In this document: one piece after another, positions 19,795 through 30,204 of the stretch
How positions within the stretch are numbered: the stretch's first letter is position 1
Layout: each line of letters starts with the position of its first letter
Source of the DNA: Candidatus Adlerbacteria bacterium
Lineage (GTDB): Bacteria; Patescibacteriota; Minisyncoccia; Phycocordibacterales; SBAW01
Assembly: GCA_963749085.1 (NCBI GenBank)
Contig: CAVVLG010000002.1
Location: 155,093-219,092, forward strand
DNA length: 64,000 nt
Direction of reading: 5' to 3'
The notes under the pieces: model-generated
Database searches by the model: none
What the model saw: the letters and a program-made list of their open reading frames with translations, nothing else
Told to the model about the DNA's origin: nothing
Position numbers and translations under genes: made by a program

Positions 19795-20556
19795 TTAGTT
19801 AGAGGGTAATTCTACTTCCACATACTGCAGTGAGAAAAGATCAACCGGAAGATTTATATACATAGTCTCAAACGACTGCCCACTGGGCGCTACTATTTGC
19901 GATACTGACCCTATAAATCCACCCGCGATCCCGGGGAACATTACCGTGTCACCCACACTCGCTGCAGTCCCGGCAGGAACGGTACCATCCATAGAGCCCG
20001 CTCCCTGCCCCTCAATGGTAATAGGGACCGTTGTGCCGGAGGAAAGCATAAGCAAGGCCTGATAGGTTTGTCCCGATGCGGAGTAGAGTGTCACGCGAGA
20101 GATGCTGTCGTAGGCGTTGCTCACTTCTCCTATGGCCGTAGTCCCGCCCGCGGAGACTACATCTCCCGCCACGACCCCGTTTTGCGTTCCCACGTCAATG
20201 ATGAGGGTGTCGTATGGAATGCCCGGAGGGCCCTGAAGCACGCCAGCAAGCACCGTGCGGCTGCTTATTTGCCGTCCGAGTTCGGCTTTCAGCGCCAGAT
20301 TTTCCTCATACAGCATATCGCGATCAGCGATAAGTGCCGAGGTGGAGGCAAGCTCCGCTTCTAGTTGTGTAGTTTCACTTTGATCAAGCGAGTTACGCAC
20401 TGCGACGAGAGGGGTGACAACCCGCCACAGGAGTGCGCTAAGTTGTGAGCGCCATAGAATCGCTATGCCGATAATCAAAAGTAACAAAAGTATCAGGAGT
20501 GCGGTCGGGGCCACCGGGGTGCGGCGTCGGCTAGGAGATATCGTCGTCATGTTCAA
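19795..20556 (-). CDS. mreC: rod shape-determining protein MreC
   Basis: N-terminal TM helix, a coiled coil (LYEENLALKAEL) and a beta-rich C-terminal domain. Downstream of mreB. Confidence 0.7.
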   Translation of the reverse strand: MNMTTISPSRRRTPVAPTALLILLLLLIIGIAILWRSQLSALLWRVVTPLVAVRNSLDQSETTQLEAELASTSALIADRDMLYEENLALKAELGRQISSRTVLAGVLQGPPGIPYDTLIIDVGTQNGVVAGDVVSAGGTTAIGEVSNAYDSISRVTLYSASGQTYQALLMLSSGTTVPITIEGQGAGSMDGTVPAGTAASVGDTVMFPGIAGGFIGSVSQIVAPSGQSFETMYINLPVDLFSLQYVEVELPSN

Positions 20557-21586
20557 GGAAGACGTCGCGGTGTGTCTCCAAGTTCTCCAAAATGACGCCC
20601 GTGCCGCGCACGACCGCAGTCAGAGGATCGTCCGCCACAAAGACCGGCACTTTAAGCCACTGGGAGAGCAGCGAATCGAGGCCTTTGAGTAGTGCTCCCC
20701 CGCCCGTGAGAACTATGCCCGAGCGCATGATATCGGAGAGAATTTCCGGAGGTGTTGTTTCAAGCACTTCGCGCACGGACTCAATCAGGGTATCGACCGA
20801 CTGCGAAATGGCTTCGCGAACATCCTGATCCGTCAAAATGACTTCGCGCGGCAGCCCCGTGATAAGATCTCGACCGCGCACCACTGCCTCCGTGTGAGAG
20901 CCGAATTCCATGACCGAGCCTATGGCCATCTTCACGCCTTCGGCACTCTTCTCCCCTATCAATATCTTAAATTCGGAGCGCACGTGGGCGATGATGTCTT
21001 GGTTTAGTTTGTCTCCCGCTATGCGCAGATTTTTGGAGCGGATGATGCCGCCCAAGGAGAGCACCGCGATGTCGGAGGTTCCTCCGCCGATATCGACTAC
21101 CATGGAGCCTACGGCTTCGCGTATGGGAAGCCTGATGCCGAGGGCTGCGAGTATCGGCTCCTCGACGATGTGCACCTCTCGGGCACCCGCGTTTTGCGCT
21201 GCGTCTTTGACCGCACGAATTTCAACGTTGGTGATGCCGGAGGGTACGCCGATGACCGCGCGGGGACCCAGCATTTTTTTCGATACCCCCTGCGAGCGAG
21301 TGATGAGGTAGGCGAGCATCTCCTCCGTCGCTTCGAAATCGGACACGACGCCGTCAATCAGCGGTCGAACGGCGCTCAAATGTCCGGGGGTGCGTCCGAG
21401 CATGGCTTTGGCTGAAGCACCCACCGCAACCACCTGGCCGGTTTTTTGATTTATGGCGACAACCGAGGGCTCGGAGATGACGATACCCTTGCCGCGCAAA
21501 TACACCAGCGTATTAGCGGTTCCGAGGTCAATGCCGACATCGTTTGAGACCAGCGGCCATATCCGATTTTTCACTCGCTCAAGCAT
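20531..21586 (-). CDS. mreB: rod shape-determining protein MreB
   Basis: Actin-fold motifs GIDLGTANTLVY, DIGGGTSDIAV and ALLKGLD. Start set at MLERVKN. The 419-aa ORF extension overlaps proS. Confidence 0.9.
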   Translation of the reverse strand: MLERVKNRIWPLVSNDVGIDLGTANTLVYLRGKGIVISEPSVVAINQKTGQVVAVGASAKAMLGRTPGHLSAVRPLIDGVVSDFEATEEMLAYLITRSQGVSKKMLGPRAVIGVPSGITNVEIRAVKDAAQNAGAREVHIVEEPILAALGIRLPIREAVGSMVVDIGGGTSDIAVLSLGGIIRSKNLRIAGDKLNQDIIAHVRSEFKILIGEKSAEGVKMAIGSVMEFGSHTEAVVRGRDLITGLPREVILTDQDVREAISQSVDTLIESVREVLETTPPEILSDIMRSGIVLTGGGALLKGLDSLLSQWLKVPVFVADDPLTAVVRGTGVILENLETHRDVFLEHDDDIS

Positions 21587-21596
21587 GGGAAGGGGG

Positions 21597-22871
21597 TTAG
21601 GACGTGAGGTGGCCAATAAGTTCTGAAAGACTTTTGTGCGAAATGGTGCCGCTTTTGCGCTCGACGCACTCGAATTTCCCTGCGGCGAGCGTCTTTTCCG
21701 ACACAATGACGCGCGAGGGAATCCCGAGTAGGTCGCTGTCGGCGAACTTCTCCCCCGCGCGCGCATCTCGGTCGTCATAGAGTACTTCAATGCCAGCTGC
21801 GGTCAATTCCCGGTACAATTCTTTCGCCTCGGCGACGACCTCTTCGTTGTCCCCGAGCTCTATAAGATGTACTTGGTATGGCGCCACACTCTCCGGCCAC
21901 ACCAGTCCCTTCTCGTCGGAAAACTTCTCGACCAACACACCCATAACGCGGGAGGTGCCGAGCCCGTAGCAGCCCATGTATACTATTTTTTTCTCCCCGT
22001 TCTCGGCGCTGTAGGTATAGTTAAACGCCGTGCTGAATTTGGTATTGAGCGGGAAGATATTCCCCACTTCGCAGGCCTTCACCTGCTCAAGGGACCCAAA
22101 CTTCACGCCGAGTTTTTTGGTATTCTCCGGGGTGGCTACTTCTTTGTTATAGGCGATGTTGTTTGAGCGGTCGAGATAAATAGTGTCCTCGCCTGCCTCG
22201 CACACCGTTTGAAATTCGTGGCTAAAACCTGTGGTGAAATCTCCGCCGGAGGCGAGCGTAATAAAGGTATCTTCTCCCAGCCCCAGACGCTCAAAAATCG
22301 CATGGTAGGAATCTTTGACACGCTCGTAGTATTTCAGCAAATCTCCCTCATCGGTATGGAAGCTATAGAGATCCTTCATGCGGAATTCCCTTCCACGCAG
22401 GAGGCCCGATTTAGCCCGCGCCTCGTTGCGGAACTTAGTTTGAATTTGATAGAGCGCGAACGGAAAATCCTTATACGACTGGTTGTTCTCCTGGGCTATC
22501 GGCGTGATGATCTCCTCGTGGGAATAGTTGAGCACGTAGGAGGCGTCGCTTTTGGCAAGGGAGAGCTCGTTGGCTCCCATAGTGCGCATGAGGACATCGA
22601 CGGTGGAGAGGCGACCACTTTCCTTCCATACTTCCTGCGACGACAGGCTCGGCATCAGCACTTCGCGCCCTATCTTGTCCATCTCCTCGCGCACAATATC
22701 TTCTATTTTTTGAAGGACCCGCAAACCCAGAGGCAAAAAAGAGTAGACGCCAGCCATCTCTTTGTGCATGTAGCCGGTACGTAAGAGGAGCTGCGCGTTT
22801 TTTGAAACTTCATCCGATGGTGCTTCGCGTCTCGTCTTGGTGAACAACTGAGATTGGCGCATGAGTGCCAT
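21597..22871 (-). CDS. proS: prolyl-tRNA synthetase (short form)
   Basis: N-terminus MRQSQLF..TRRE.P.D.E..SH.LLLRTGY and class II core motifs. 424 aa without an insertion domain. Confidence 0.8.
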   Translation of the reverse strand: MALMRQSQLFTKTRREAPSDEVSKNAQLLLRTGYMHKEMAGVYSFLPLGLRVLQKIEDIVREEMDKIGREVLMPSLSSQEVWKESGRLSTVDVLMRTMGANELSLAKSDASYVLNYSHEEIITPIAQENNQSYKDFPFALYQIQTKFRNEARAKSGLLRGREFRMKDLYSFHTDEGDLLKYYERVKDSYHAIFERLGLGEDTFITLASGGDFTTGFSHEFQTVCEAGEDTIYLDRSNNIAYNKEVATPENTKKLGVKFGSLEQVKACEVGNIFPLNTKFSTAFNYTYSAENGEKKIVYMGCYGLGTSRVMGVLVEKFSDEKGLVWPESVAPYQVHLIELGDNEEVVAEAKELYRELTAAGIEVLYDDRDARAGEKFADSDLLGIPSRVIVSEKTLAAGKFECVERKSGTISHKSLSELIGHLTS

Positions 22872-23004
22872 TGTAGAGCCAAAGTACCCTTATGTAAAAG
22901 CTATTTCGCTCTTTGCGCCATTTATTGACTTTTACATATTTATATGCTAGCTTAAACGCGGCTGTTCCCTGCCCTCAGCCAGGCAAACCACAGGAGAGAA
23001 TCTC

Positions 23005-23619
23005 ATGACGAGTTTAGATGTTGCCCCATTGGCGACCTCGTCACGCATATCGGTCGAAGTTATCAAGCGCGAATCATTGTGGCGCGGGGGGATTGTCGAA
23101 ATCAAAATTCCCCTGGTCTGCCGTGAAGGCATGACCAATGACCTGCACTTCATCCAGTTCGCTCGAACTGTGAAGGGCGGCCTCATCAACTTCTTCGTGC
23201 GGGACGAAAATCCCATCCAGCATTGCGGCAGGACTATCACGGCCGAAGCTGAGATCTTGCGTAAAGAGTACGCCGACGGCCGTTCGTTCGTGTACGTCGA
23301 TCTACGACCCGCTCCCGACAAAGCGGCAACGCTGCGGCTGATCGTTGAGCAGAAACTCAACCTTTCGGTACCACGAAATGAAGTTCTCTTCGCGGCTCAA
23401 ACGACGCTACCGCTTGAGGGCATTGTCGTCATCTCGACACGCAAGGCGGCGCCGAAACAAAGGATCTCCACCACTGGCGACTCGCAGCTCGATCGGCTCC
23501 TCGCCGATGGGTGGGTGGTTACTGCAGAAAGCGCAAGCGAGGTCTACCTTCGAAAAGGTGAGCGGGGCAGTCTCGGTGAGCGCAAGCTGATCCATCATCG
23601 GCCGAAGAAAAAGAAATAA
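23005..23619 (+). CDS. hypothetical protein (204 aa)
   Basis: TTGACT-17-TAGCTT promoter-like sequence at about 22925-22955 and AGGAGAG upstream of the ATG. No family recognised. Confidence 0.4.
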   Translation: MTSLDVAPLATSSRISVEVIKRESLWRGGIVEIKIPLVCREGMTNDLHFIQFARTVKGGLINFFVRDENPIQHCGRTITAEAEILRKEYADGRSFVYVDLRPAPDKAATLRLIVEQKLNLSVPRNEVLFAAQTTLPLEGIVVISTRKAAPKQRISTTGDSQLDRLLADGWVVTAESASEVYLRKGERGSLGERKLIHHRPKKKK

Positions 23620-23685
23620 ATTCCTCTTGTCCAATTCTATATACCGCTGTGGCAATCCCGCGGCGGTTTTTTTATTACCCAACTA

Positions 23686-24771
23686 TTACCCAACTAATTT
23701 CGCAATATCGTGATAGGAAACGACTACCATTAAAAGGATGAGGAGCGCGAAGCCTGCGATGGTAAGCATGTTAACCACACGGACGGAAACCGGCCGGCGA
23801 GTGATGCCTTCAAACACGATAATAAGGAGTCGACCGCCGTCGAGTCCCGGTATCGGAATAAGATTAATGAGTGCGAGATTAATGGAAATAAGTGCGGTTA
23901 ACACCACTCCCGCGGCAAATCCTTGTTTGAGCGCCGCGGCGCCGAAGGCAGTGATGCCTATTGGTCCGGCCACATCGCTGAAATTGGCAGTTCCCGTAAA
24001 AATTTGTGCAAAAAATTGCACCAAGCCGGTCGCAGTTGAGCGTGTGATGTCCCACCCAAGGATTCCTCCCTGGAGCAATGCCAGAGGTGGCGAAAGTTGC
24101 AGCGTCCCTACGTCGTCGAACTCCACTCCTATCGCTTTACGTCCAGGTACTACACCATTGGCGGGTTTGGCAAGAAATATTTTTTGCGCTCCGTCGCGCG
24201 TGACAGTCAAAATCACACTTTCTTCTTGATGCGAAGAAATGAATTGCTGCGTTTGCTCGGCATCTTCCCCTTGCGCCTCGACTGCGGTTGCTGTCTGCAC
24301 CTTCTGAACGACATCGCCCGCCATAAGACCAGCCATGTCTGCGGGTGAATTCGACAAGACGTCCACAATGGTCACTTGTGGATTGCTGACTGTGCCGAAG
24401 CCTTCGTGATCAACTGAGGTCGGCAACCCGACCATATAACCGGCTGATAACAAAAGCCACGCGAAAAGTAGATTGAACACAATGCCGGCGACGATAACCG
24501 TCGCTTGTACCCACCTAGATTTATTGATGAAACTGCGGGGGTCATGTGTGCCTTCATCGTAATTCTCGCCAAAAATCTTCACAAATCCGCCGAACGGTAG
24601 CCAATTTATCGAATATTCCGTCTCTCCCGCTCTCACTGCCGCAATGCGAGGTGGGAAAAAAATTCCAAACTCATCGACGCGGATGCCGAACACTTTGGCG
24701 ATGATGAAATGCCCAAACTCGTGCACAAGTATGAGCGCGACCAGAATGAGGATAAAAAAGACGAAGAACAT
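23686..24771 (-). CDS. rseP: RIP metalloprotease RseP (site-2 protease, M50)
   Basis: HEFGHFIIAK HExxH in TM1, a PDZ-like middle region and a C-terminal LDGG motif. Confidence 0.8.
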   Translation of the reverse strand: MFFVFFILILVALILVHEFGHFIIAKVFGIRVDEFGIFFPPRIAAVRAGETEYSINWLPFGGFVKIFGENYDEGTHDPRSFINKSRWVQATVIVAGIVFNLLFAWLLLSAGYMVGLPTSVDHEGFGTVSNPQVTIVDVLSNSPADMAGLMAGDVVQKVQTATAVEAQGEDAEQTQQFISSHQEESVILTVTRDGAQKIFLAKPANGVVPGRKAIGVEFDDVGTLQLSPPLALLQGGILGWDITRSTATGLVQFFAQIFTGTANFSDVAGPIGITAFGAAALKQGFAAGVVLTALISINLALINLIPIPGLDGGRLLIIVFEGITRRPVSVRVVNMLTIAGFALLILLMVVVSYHDIAKLVG

Positions 24772-24772
24772 A

Positions 24773-25324
24773 TTAACCGGCTATTTCCTTTTCTTTTCGA
24801 GCCAAGGAATTGTCAAAGTTTTTGTTGGCCGCATCAACACGCTTCTGCATTTCCTCTTTGGCGCGAAATTTGTCGTCCTCCGGCATGTTGCCATCCCGTT
24901 CAAGCTTCTGTATGCCGCTCCAGACTTCATCGCGGGCCAGGCGCAGCGAGGTACGCATCTCCTCGACTTTTTCTTTGGCCATTCTAACGAGCGACATCCT
25001 TCGTTCAGAGGTTAATTCGGGAAACGATACACGCACACCCTTTTCATCCATAGCGACCGAAAGTCCGAGATTGGCTAGCGTCAGGGCTTTCTCTATTTCT
25101 TTGGCATTACTCATATCCCAGGGCGCAATCCGCAGGGTGCGTGCATCTTCAATGGATACGGCCGCAAGCTGATGTATCGGCACCCGCGTGCCGTAACTCT
25201 CCACGAGTACGCCATCTAAAATAGCCGGGGCTGCGCGCCCGGTGCGGATACCGCTCAACTCCCTCTGTAATTTTTCGCTTATGTCCGCAATCTTTTTCTC
25301 GAACGGTTTGAAGTCATAGGCCAT
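24773..25324 (-). CDS. frr: ribosome recycling factor
   Basis: 183 aa, conserved RRF sequence throughout (LSGIRTGRAAPAILDGV..., C-terminal helical bundle). Confidence 0.9.
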   Translation of the reverse strand: MAYDFKPFEKKIADISEKLQRELSGIRTGRAAPAILDGVLVESYGTRVPIHQLAAVSIEDARTLRIAPWDMSNAKEIEKALTLANLGLSVAMDEKGVRVSFPELTSERRMSLVRMAKEKVEEMRTSLRLARDEVWSGIQKLERDGNMPEDDKFRAKEEMQKRVDAANKNFDNSLARKEKEIAG

Positions 25325-25581
25325 TCAGACATTGTAGCAAACTTATATAAAAAAGAGCCCCCGCGCTAAACGCGAAGGGCGGTGAGGAGCAGAAAAAGGC
25401 TAAGCTTGCATGAGCCTCGCGAGGCATATAGCGCGCTTAGGATTGAGCAACCCTCGGAACTAGTTGGGTAATCTCTCCGTCAGAGATCCCACATCGCCAG
25501 GACGGCTGGAAGCTCCTTCCGGTTGCCAAGTGCCCGCTTCCCCTACTCCCCACCACTGTCATACCAAAGCTTAAAAAAATG

Positions 25582-26259
25582 TCAAACTCGAAATTTTTTT
25601 GCCGCCTTTGGGTATATTCTCATCAATGGATCCGTGGCGGTATCGTAGGCTCGCGCGGGAGCGAGGCGGCGGCCATACCATATGACGCGATGAGTGAAGT
25701 CACGCCACTCTTTTTTTGGCAGGAGCTGCATCAGATCTTTTTCAATGCGCACTGGATCTCTATAGTTGCTCAAATCAAAACGTTGCACGAATCGAATGAC
25801 GTGCGTGTCCACCGTAATACCCCCCAAAATGCCGTACGTTTCAGTCAACACGACGTTGCCCGTCTTGCGCCCTACACCGGGCAACATGAGGATCCCCTCC
25901 ATCGTTTTTGGCACTCTGCCGTTGAATTTCTCTTTGAGCATTTTTGAAGCACCGAGAATATTTTTTGCCTTGGCTCGATAAAAACCGGAAGCAAAAATAC
26001 CCTTTTCGAATTCGTGTATCCTCCTCTTGGTCCTCCCCGCGCGTACGTAATCCTCGAGCGTCTTATATTTTCTAAACAATGTCGAGGTTATTTTGTTGAC
26101 ATTTTTATCCGTCGACTGGGCCGAGAGCTGCACGGCGACCATAAGCTGCCAGGGGGTCTTGAATTTTAGCTCTATAGCTGCGTGTGGATAGAGTTTCTTA
26201 AGTGTCGCGTTGAGCTTCCGAATGCGTGCCTTGCGCTCCAGTAGTTTTTGAGCATCCAT
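25582..26259 (-). CDS. nth: HhH-GPD family DNA glycosylase (endonuclease III-like)
   Basis: HhH-GPD motif LMLPGVGRKTGNVVL with catalytic Asp region. No C-terminal 4Cys Fe-S motif seen. Confidence 0.7.
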   Translation of the reverse strand: MDAQKLLERKARIRKLNATLKKLYPHAAIELKFKTPWQLMVAVQLSAQSTDKNVNKITSTLFRKYKTLEDYVRAGRTKRRIHEFEKGIFASGFYRAKAKNILGASKMLKEKFNGRVPKTMEGILMLPGVGRKTGNVVLTETYGILGGITVDTHVIRFVQRFDLSNYRDPVRIEKDLMQLLPKKEWRDFTHRVIWYGRRLAPARAYDTATDPLMRIYPKAAKKFRV

Positions 26260-26327
26260 GGTACGACTATACCAAGAATAAAAGCGGCCGCCCCTGGTAA
26301 GGAGCGGCTGCGCTCTAAAGAAGACCC

Positions 26328-26678
26328 TTATGGAATGATCTCGACGTCAAGAAGTCCCACGCTTCCCATTCCAAGTAACTGCTTGAGTGCGTAGGTCACG
26401 TCGAGACTTTTGCCTTTCACAAATGGGCCTCGGTCGTGCACCGTGCAATACGCTACGGTTCCGTTGCCTATGTTGAGAAGTCTCAGGCGCGTGCCGAAAG
26501 GCAATGTACGGTGAGCACAAATGGTTGGGTCGTAGGCACTAAAGGGCGTGCCGTCGGACGTACGCGGGAGGCTGTGATCGTGCAAGCCGTACCAACTCAC
26601 TCTCATCCTCTGGACCTGCGCGGGTGCCGTGGCTCCAATCAGGAGTACGAGGGCACTCGTGAGACATACTCGATACAT
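26328..26678 (-). CDS. RlpA-like double-psi beta-barrel protein
   Basis: Signal peptide, VSWYG, LPFGTRLRLLNIGNG and VHDRGPF motifs of the RlpA/DPBB lytic transglycosylase fold. Confidence 0.7.
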   Translation of the reverse strand: MYRVCLTSALVLLIGATAPAQVQRMRVSWYGLHDHSLPRTSDGTPFSAYDPTICAHRTLPFGTRLRLLNIGNGTVAYCTVHDRGPFVKGKSLDVTYALKQLLGMGSVGLLDVEIIP

Positions 26679-26745
26679 AGGTTACTCCTTATTTGGGTAC
26701 TGTCCCCTTCTCACTAAACCGCACCATGCCTGAAGCGCAAGTGAG

Positions 26746-27390
26746 CTAGAGCGCGGGCAGAGTCGCTGCCAGATGTTCCATGAGCATTTTCAGCGACGGC
26801 GATCGGTCGGCGACATAGGAACGCACCTTGGCTATATCTTCTAGCCCTTCGCGCACCTCTTTGTCTTTCGGGAATTTGATATAGAGTGCTGCTTCAAGTC
26901 CCTGGAGAAATTTCCGGGTGCGCTCTTTCACGCCTTCATCCTCCTCCAGAAGCTCACCTATCATAGCGCTGCGCTCTTTGTAGGAGGAAGCTAGAAATTT
27001 CTTTATCTGAGGGCTCGAGCGGCTAGCCTTCTCTATTTCCTGCGGATAGGGCAAAAATCGAGAGTGCAAGGTCGGTATGAGCATACCGTGCGGTAGGAGA
27101 AGGACGAATATGACACCTTCCTGCGGCTCCTCGAATAATTTCAGGAGAGCCTGCTGCGCTTCGGTGGTGATGGAACTTATCCCGATAACAAAGAGTGAGC
27201 GACCGGAGAATGTTTTAAGAAGTGCCCGCTCTTTGAGACGCTGCGCGTCCTCGATGCCAAATTTCTCCACCTGCTCGACATACACGTCCGGATCATTGCT
27301 CTTTTTGAATGTGAACAGCGCCCGCGCGTGCTCGGCGAGCGTCTTAAGCGATTCCTGCGAACCTTCATACAGATACGCGTGGTGATTCAT
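26746..27390 (-). CDS. holB: DNA polymerase III delta'-like subunit (degenerate P-loop)
   Basis: HAYLYEG (box II region), AQQALLKLFEEPQ (sensor-1 region) and TLHSRF (SRC-like) in clamp-loader order, but no GKT Walker A. Start set at MNHH. Confidence 0.5.
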   Translation of the reverse strand: MNHHAYLYEGSQESLKTLAEHARALFTFKKSNDPDVYVEQVEKFGIEDAQRLKERALLKTFSGRSLFVIGISSITTEAQQALLKLFEEPQEGVIFVLLLPHGMLIPTLHSRFLPYPQEIEKASRSSPQIKKFLASSYKERSAMIGELLEEDEGVKERTRKFLQGLEAALYIKFPKDKEVREGLEDIAKVRSYVADRSPSLKMLMEHLAATLPAL

Positions 27391-27397
27391 CTCTTGG

Positions 27398-28411
27398 TTA
27401 TCTCTTCGCAATGATGGCCTTCTTGTAGGTGTCGAGGTGATCAAGCGCGATGCCGGTGCCGCGCGCAACCGCGGTCAGGGGATCGTCGGCCACCTGCGCT
27501 TTGACCCCGGTACGCCGGAGCACCAACTCCGGGAAGTTTCGTAGAAGCGATGTGCCTCCTGTCATGGTAATGCCGCGATCAATGATGTCGGAGGCGAGTT
27601 CCGGCGGGGTCTCCTGAAGCACGTCGCGAATAGCTTTGACTATCTCGCGTAGTTCCTTGCCTATCGCTTTGACGATGTCGTTGGTCTTTATCTCAACGGT
27701 CCTCGGGAGCCCCGTGATGAAATCACGCCCGCGCACCTGGCACACTAATTCATCTTCAACCGGCACGGCGGAGCCTATGGCGATTTTTACGTCCTCGGCG
27801 GTCTTATCCCCTATGCCGAGATTGAAGGTCTTCTTTATATAGTCCGCTATGGCCCTGTCTATTCTATCTCCCGCGCATTTAATTGACGTTGAGGCCACGA
27901 TGCCTCCCAGGGAAATAACCGCGACATCGCAGGTGCCGCCGCCAAGGTCCACAACCATGTTACCGTGTGCTTCCTGAATGGGAATGCCGGCGCCAATGGC
28001 GGCCAAGACCGACTCTTTGACAACGTAGGCGCTCTTAGCCCCGGCGCGTATCGCCGCCTCGACAACCGCGCGCCGCTCGGTTGAGGTGACTCCGGTCGGC
28101 ACACTTATCATCACTTCAGGTTTGAAGAATTGAAAGCGGCCGAGCGTTTTAGAAATAAAATAGCGCAGCATCGCCTGGGTGACGCGGTAGTCAGCAATGA
28201 CGCCGTCACGCAGCGGACGATAGGCGACTATTTCTCCCGGCGTACGCCCTATCATCGCTTTGGCTTCAGCTCCTATTGCCAAAATCCGTTTGTCCACTTC
28301 CGAAATAGCGACGACCGATGGCTCGTTTAACACCACTCCCTTTCCCGGCACAAACACGAGTGTATTAGCGGTGCCTAAATCAATGCCGAGTTTTGGCGTA
28401 AAAAAAGCCAT
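27398..28411 (-). CDS. mreB: MreB-like actin homolog (second paralog)
   Basis: GIDLGTANTLVF, DLGGGTCDVAV and the same actin-fold motifs as the first MreB. About 55% identical to the mreBCD-linked copy, by eye. Confidence 0.8.
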   Translation of the reverse strand: MAFFTPKLGIDLGTANTLVFVPGKGVVLNEPSVVAISEVDKRILAIGAEAKAMIGRTPGEIVAYRPLRDGVIADYRVTQAMLRYFISKTLGRFQFFKPEVMISVPTGVTSTERRAVVEAAIRAGAKSAYVVKESVLAAIGAGIPIQEAHGNMVVDLGGGTCDVAVISLGGIVASTSIKCAGDRIDRAIADYIKKTFNLGIGDKTAEDVKIAIGSAVPVEDELVCQVRGRDFITGLPRTVEIKTNDIVKAIGKELREIVKAIRDVLQETPPELASDIIDRGITMTGGTSLLRNFPELVLRRTGVKAQVADDPLTAVARGTGIALDHLDTYKKAIIAKR

Positions 28412-28914
28412 AAAGCCAAATCATCATACGCGACTCCAGGGCACAAAACAAACGGACGTATATTTTACGCATGCATTTCTTCACCGGTCTATGTTTTCGG
28501 TGTTTTTATCCTTTAGGTACTCATATTCGTGGTCGGATATTTCCTTTAGGGCCCGCTAAGAGCCATCTAGCTCTACATGTTTTTGGCGGATTCCTCTTAG
28601 GAATGCTCAGCATGAATATAGCCGTGCATGTCTACGGACATTAGAAAGACTAAACTGCTTGTAATGGCCCAAAAGACCAAAAGGTTGACAAAGTAATATA
28701 GTGGGGTAAGATGGTCCTAGGTACGTATGAATCGCGTCTTCGGTTTGTCCTTCCCCGGCTGGACCTCATGCCAGCCCGAATCGAAGGCGTAGCGCGCTGC
28801 GATATGCATGCTAGTAGCTATAGGTCGCATGAAGGACTGAAAAGCGAACTCCATGGTTCACATAACGCACGAGCGCGACAGGCGGGTGGTCCCGGACCAC
28901 TCGCCTTTTACTTT

Positions 28915-30204
28915 TTATATCCTCTCTCTTTTAATATCCAATCCTAATTTTTGCAGACGCTCCTCTATATGCTCATAGCCTCTATCAATGTGATAGACGT
29001 TATCAATGGTTGAGACGCCGTTGGCTATTGCAGCGGCCAGAAGAAATGCCAAACCAGCGCGGATATCCGGGCTTTCAAGATTCCTGCCCCGAAGCGGGGT
29101 CGGTCCCGTAATAGTCACTTGCTGGGGATTCCACAAGGTGATCTTTGCACCCATGCGCACAAGATCCTCAACGTAATTGAGCCGTCCGCCGTAAATCGTC
29201 TCAAACAAAGTGCTCTCGCCCGTGGCCTGGGTGAGAAAAAGCACCATAGGTGGCTGTAAGTCGGTAGCAAAACCTGGATATTCATGCGTACGTACATTGA
29301 GCGCTTTCAAAGCGTTTCGCGCGCCGTGCACTACGATTGAGGCGCCATTAATATCGATATCTACCCCCGACTCCCGCAGAAGTTCTATAAGCATCTCAAT
29401 GTGGGAAGGATCGCAATTGGTGACGACTACTTCTTCGCCCGCCAAGGCGCCCAGAATGACGAAGCTTCCCGCTTCTATCCGGTCGGGCACGGTGGCAAAA
29501 CTTTTTCCTTTCGCCTGAAGCATGCCGCCACCTACAATGGTTACGGTTGGAGTACCGACGCCCTCTATGTGCGCGCCGCAAGCGTTAAGAAAATTGGCGA
29601 GGGCCACTATTTCAGGCTCCATCGCGGCGTTGCGCAATATCGTGGTGCCTTCGGCCAGCGTGGCCGCCATCATTAAGGTCTCGGTGCCTGTGACGCTGAC
29701 GAAACGAAAGAATATTTCCGCTCCCTGAAGTTTCCCGTCTCGCGCGGTTATCGAATACCGCTCGCCCTCAAGCGACACTGTGCAACCCATTTTTACAAAT
29801 CCGTCGAGAAAGAGATCAATGGGCCGAGGGCCGATGATGTCGCCGCCGGGGTGCGGAAACGATGCGCGGCCGAAGCGCCCCAAAAGGGGTCCCGCGAATA
29901 CTATTGAGGCGCGTAGCCGCCTTGCTAGGTCGTTGTTTAAGTCCCTCTTTGACACGCCGCCGGTGCGGATAGAGGCCGTGTGATCTCGGCATTCAACCTC
30001 GGCCCCCAAATCTTTAAGGAGCTCCGCAACCCGCGCTACGTCCTCGATATCGGGTACGTTCGTGAGCTCCACGGTATCCTTAAAAAGGAGTGCGGCGGGC
30101 ATCGATTTCAGTATGGCGTTTTTGGCTCCCCCGACCGCGATAGAGCCTTTCAGGAGGTGCTGACCCCCTAAGCCCTCAACGACGAAGCGCTCGGGCTCAT
30201 TCAT
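28915..30204 (-). CDS. murA: UDP-N-acetylglucosamine 1-carboxyvinyltransferase
   Basis: EPSP-synthase fold with MurA motifs (KNAILKSMPAALL, catalytic region around GGDIIGPRPIDLF). Start set at MNEPERF. The 648-aa ORF prefix has no homology. Confidence 0.9.
   Translation of the reverse strand: MNEPERFVVEGLGGQHLLKGSIAVGGAKNAILKSMPAALLFKDTVELTNVPDIEDVARVAELLKDLGAEVECRDHTASIRTGGVSKRDLNNDLARRLRASIVFAGPLLGRFGRASFPHPGGDIIGPRPIDLFLDGFVKMGCTVSLEGERYSITARDGKLQGAEIFFRFVSVTGTETLMMAATLAEGTTILRNAAMEPEIVALANFLNACGAHIEGVGTPTVTIVGGGMLQAKGKSFATVPDRIEAGSFVILGALAGEEVVVTNCDPSHIEMLIELLRESGVDIDINGASIVVHGARNALKALNVRTHEYPGFATDLQPPMVLFLTQATGESTLFETIYGGRLNYVEDLVRMGAKITLWNPQQVTITGPTPLRGRNLESPDIRAGLAFLLAAAIANGVSTIDNVYHIDRGYEHIEERLQKLGLDIKRERI

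Noticed and set aside
20531-21790. 419-aa MreB ORF with an Arg/Ser-rich 68-aa N-terminal extension
   Set aside because: The extension overlaps the 3' end of proS and is not part of the actin fold. MLERVKN at 21586 is the conventional MreB start.
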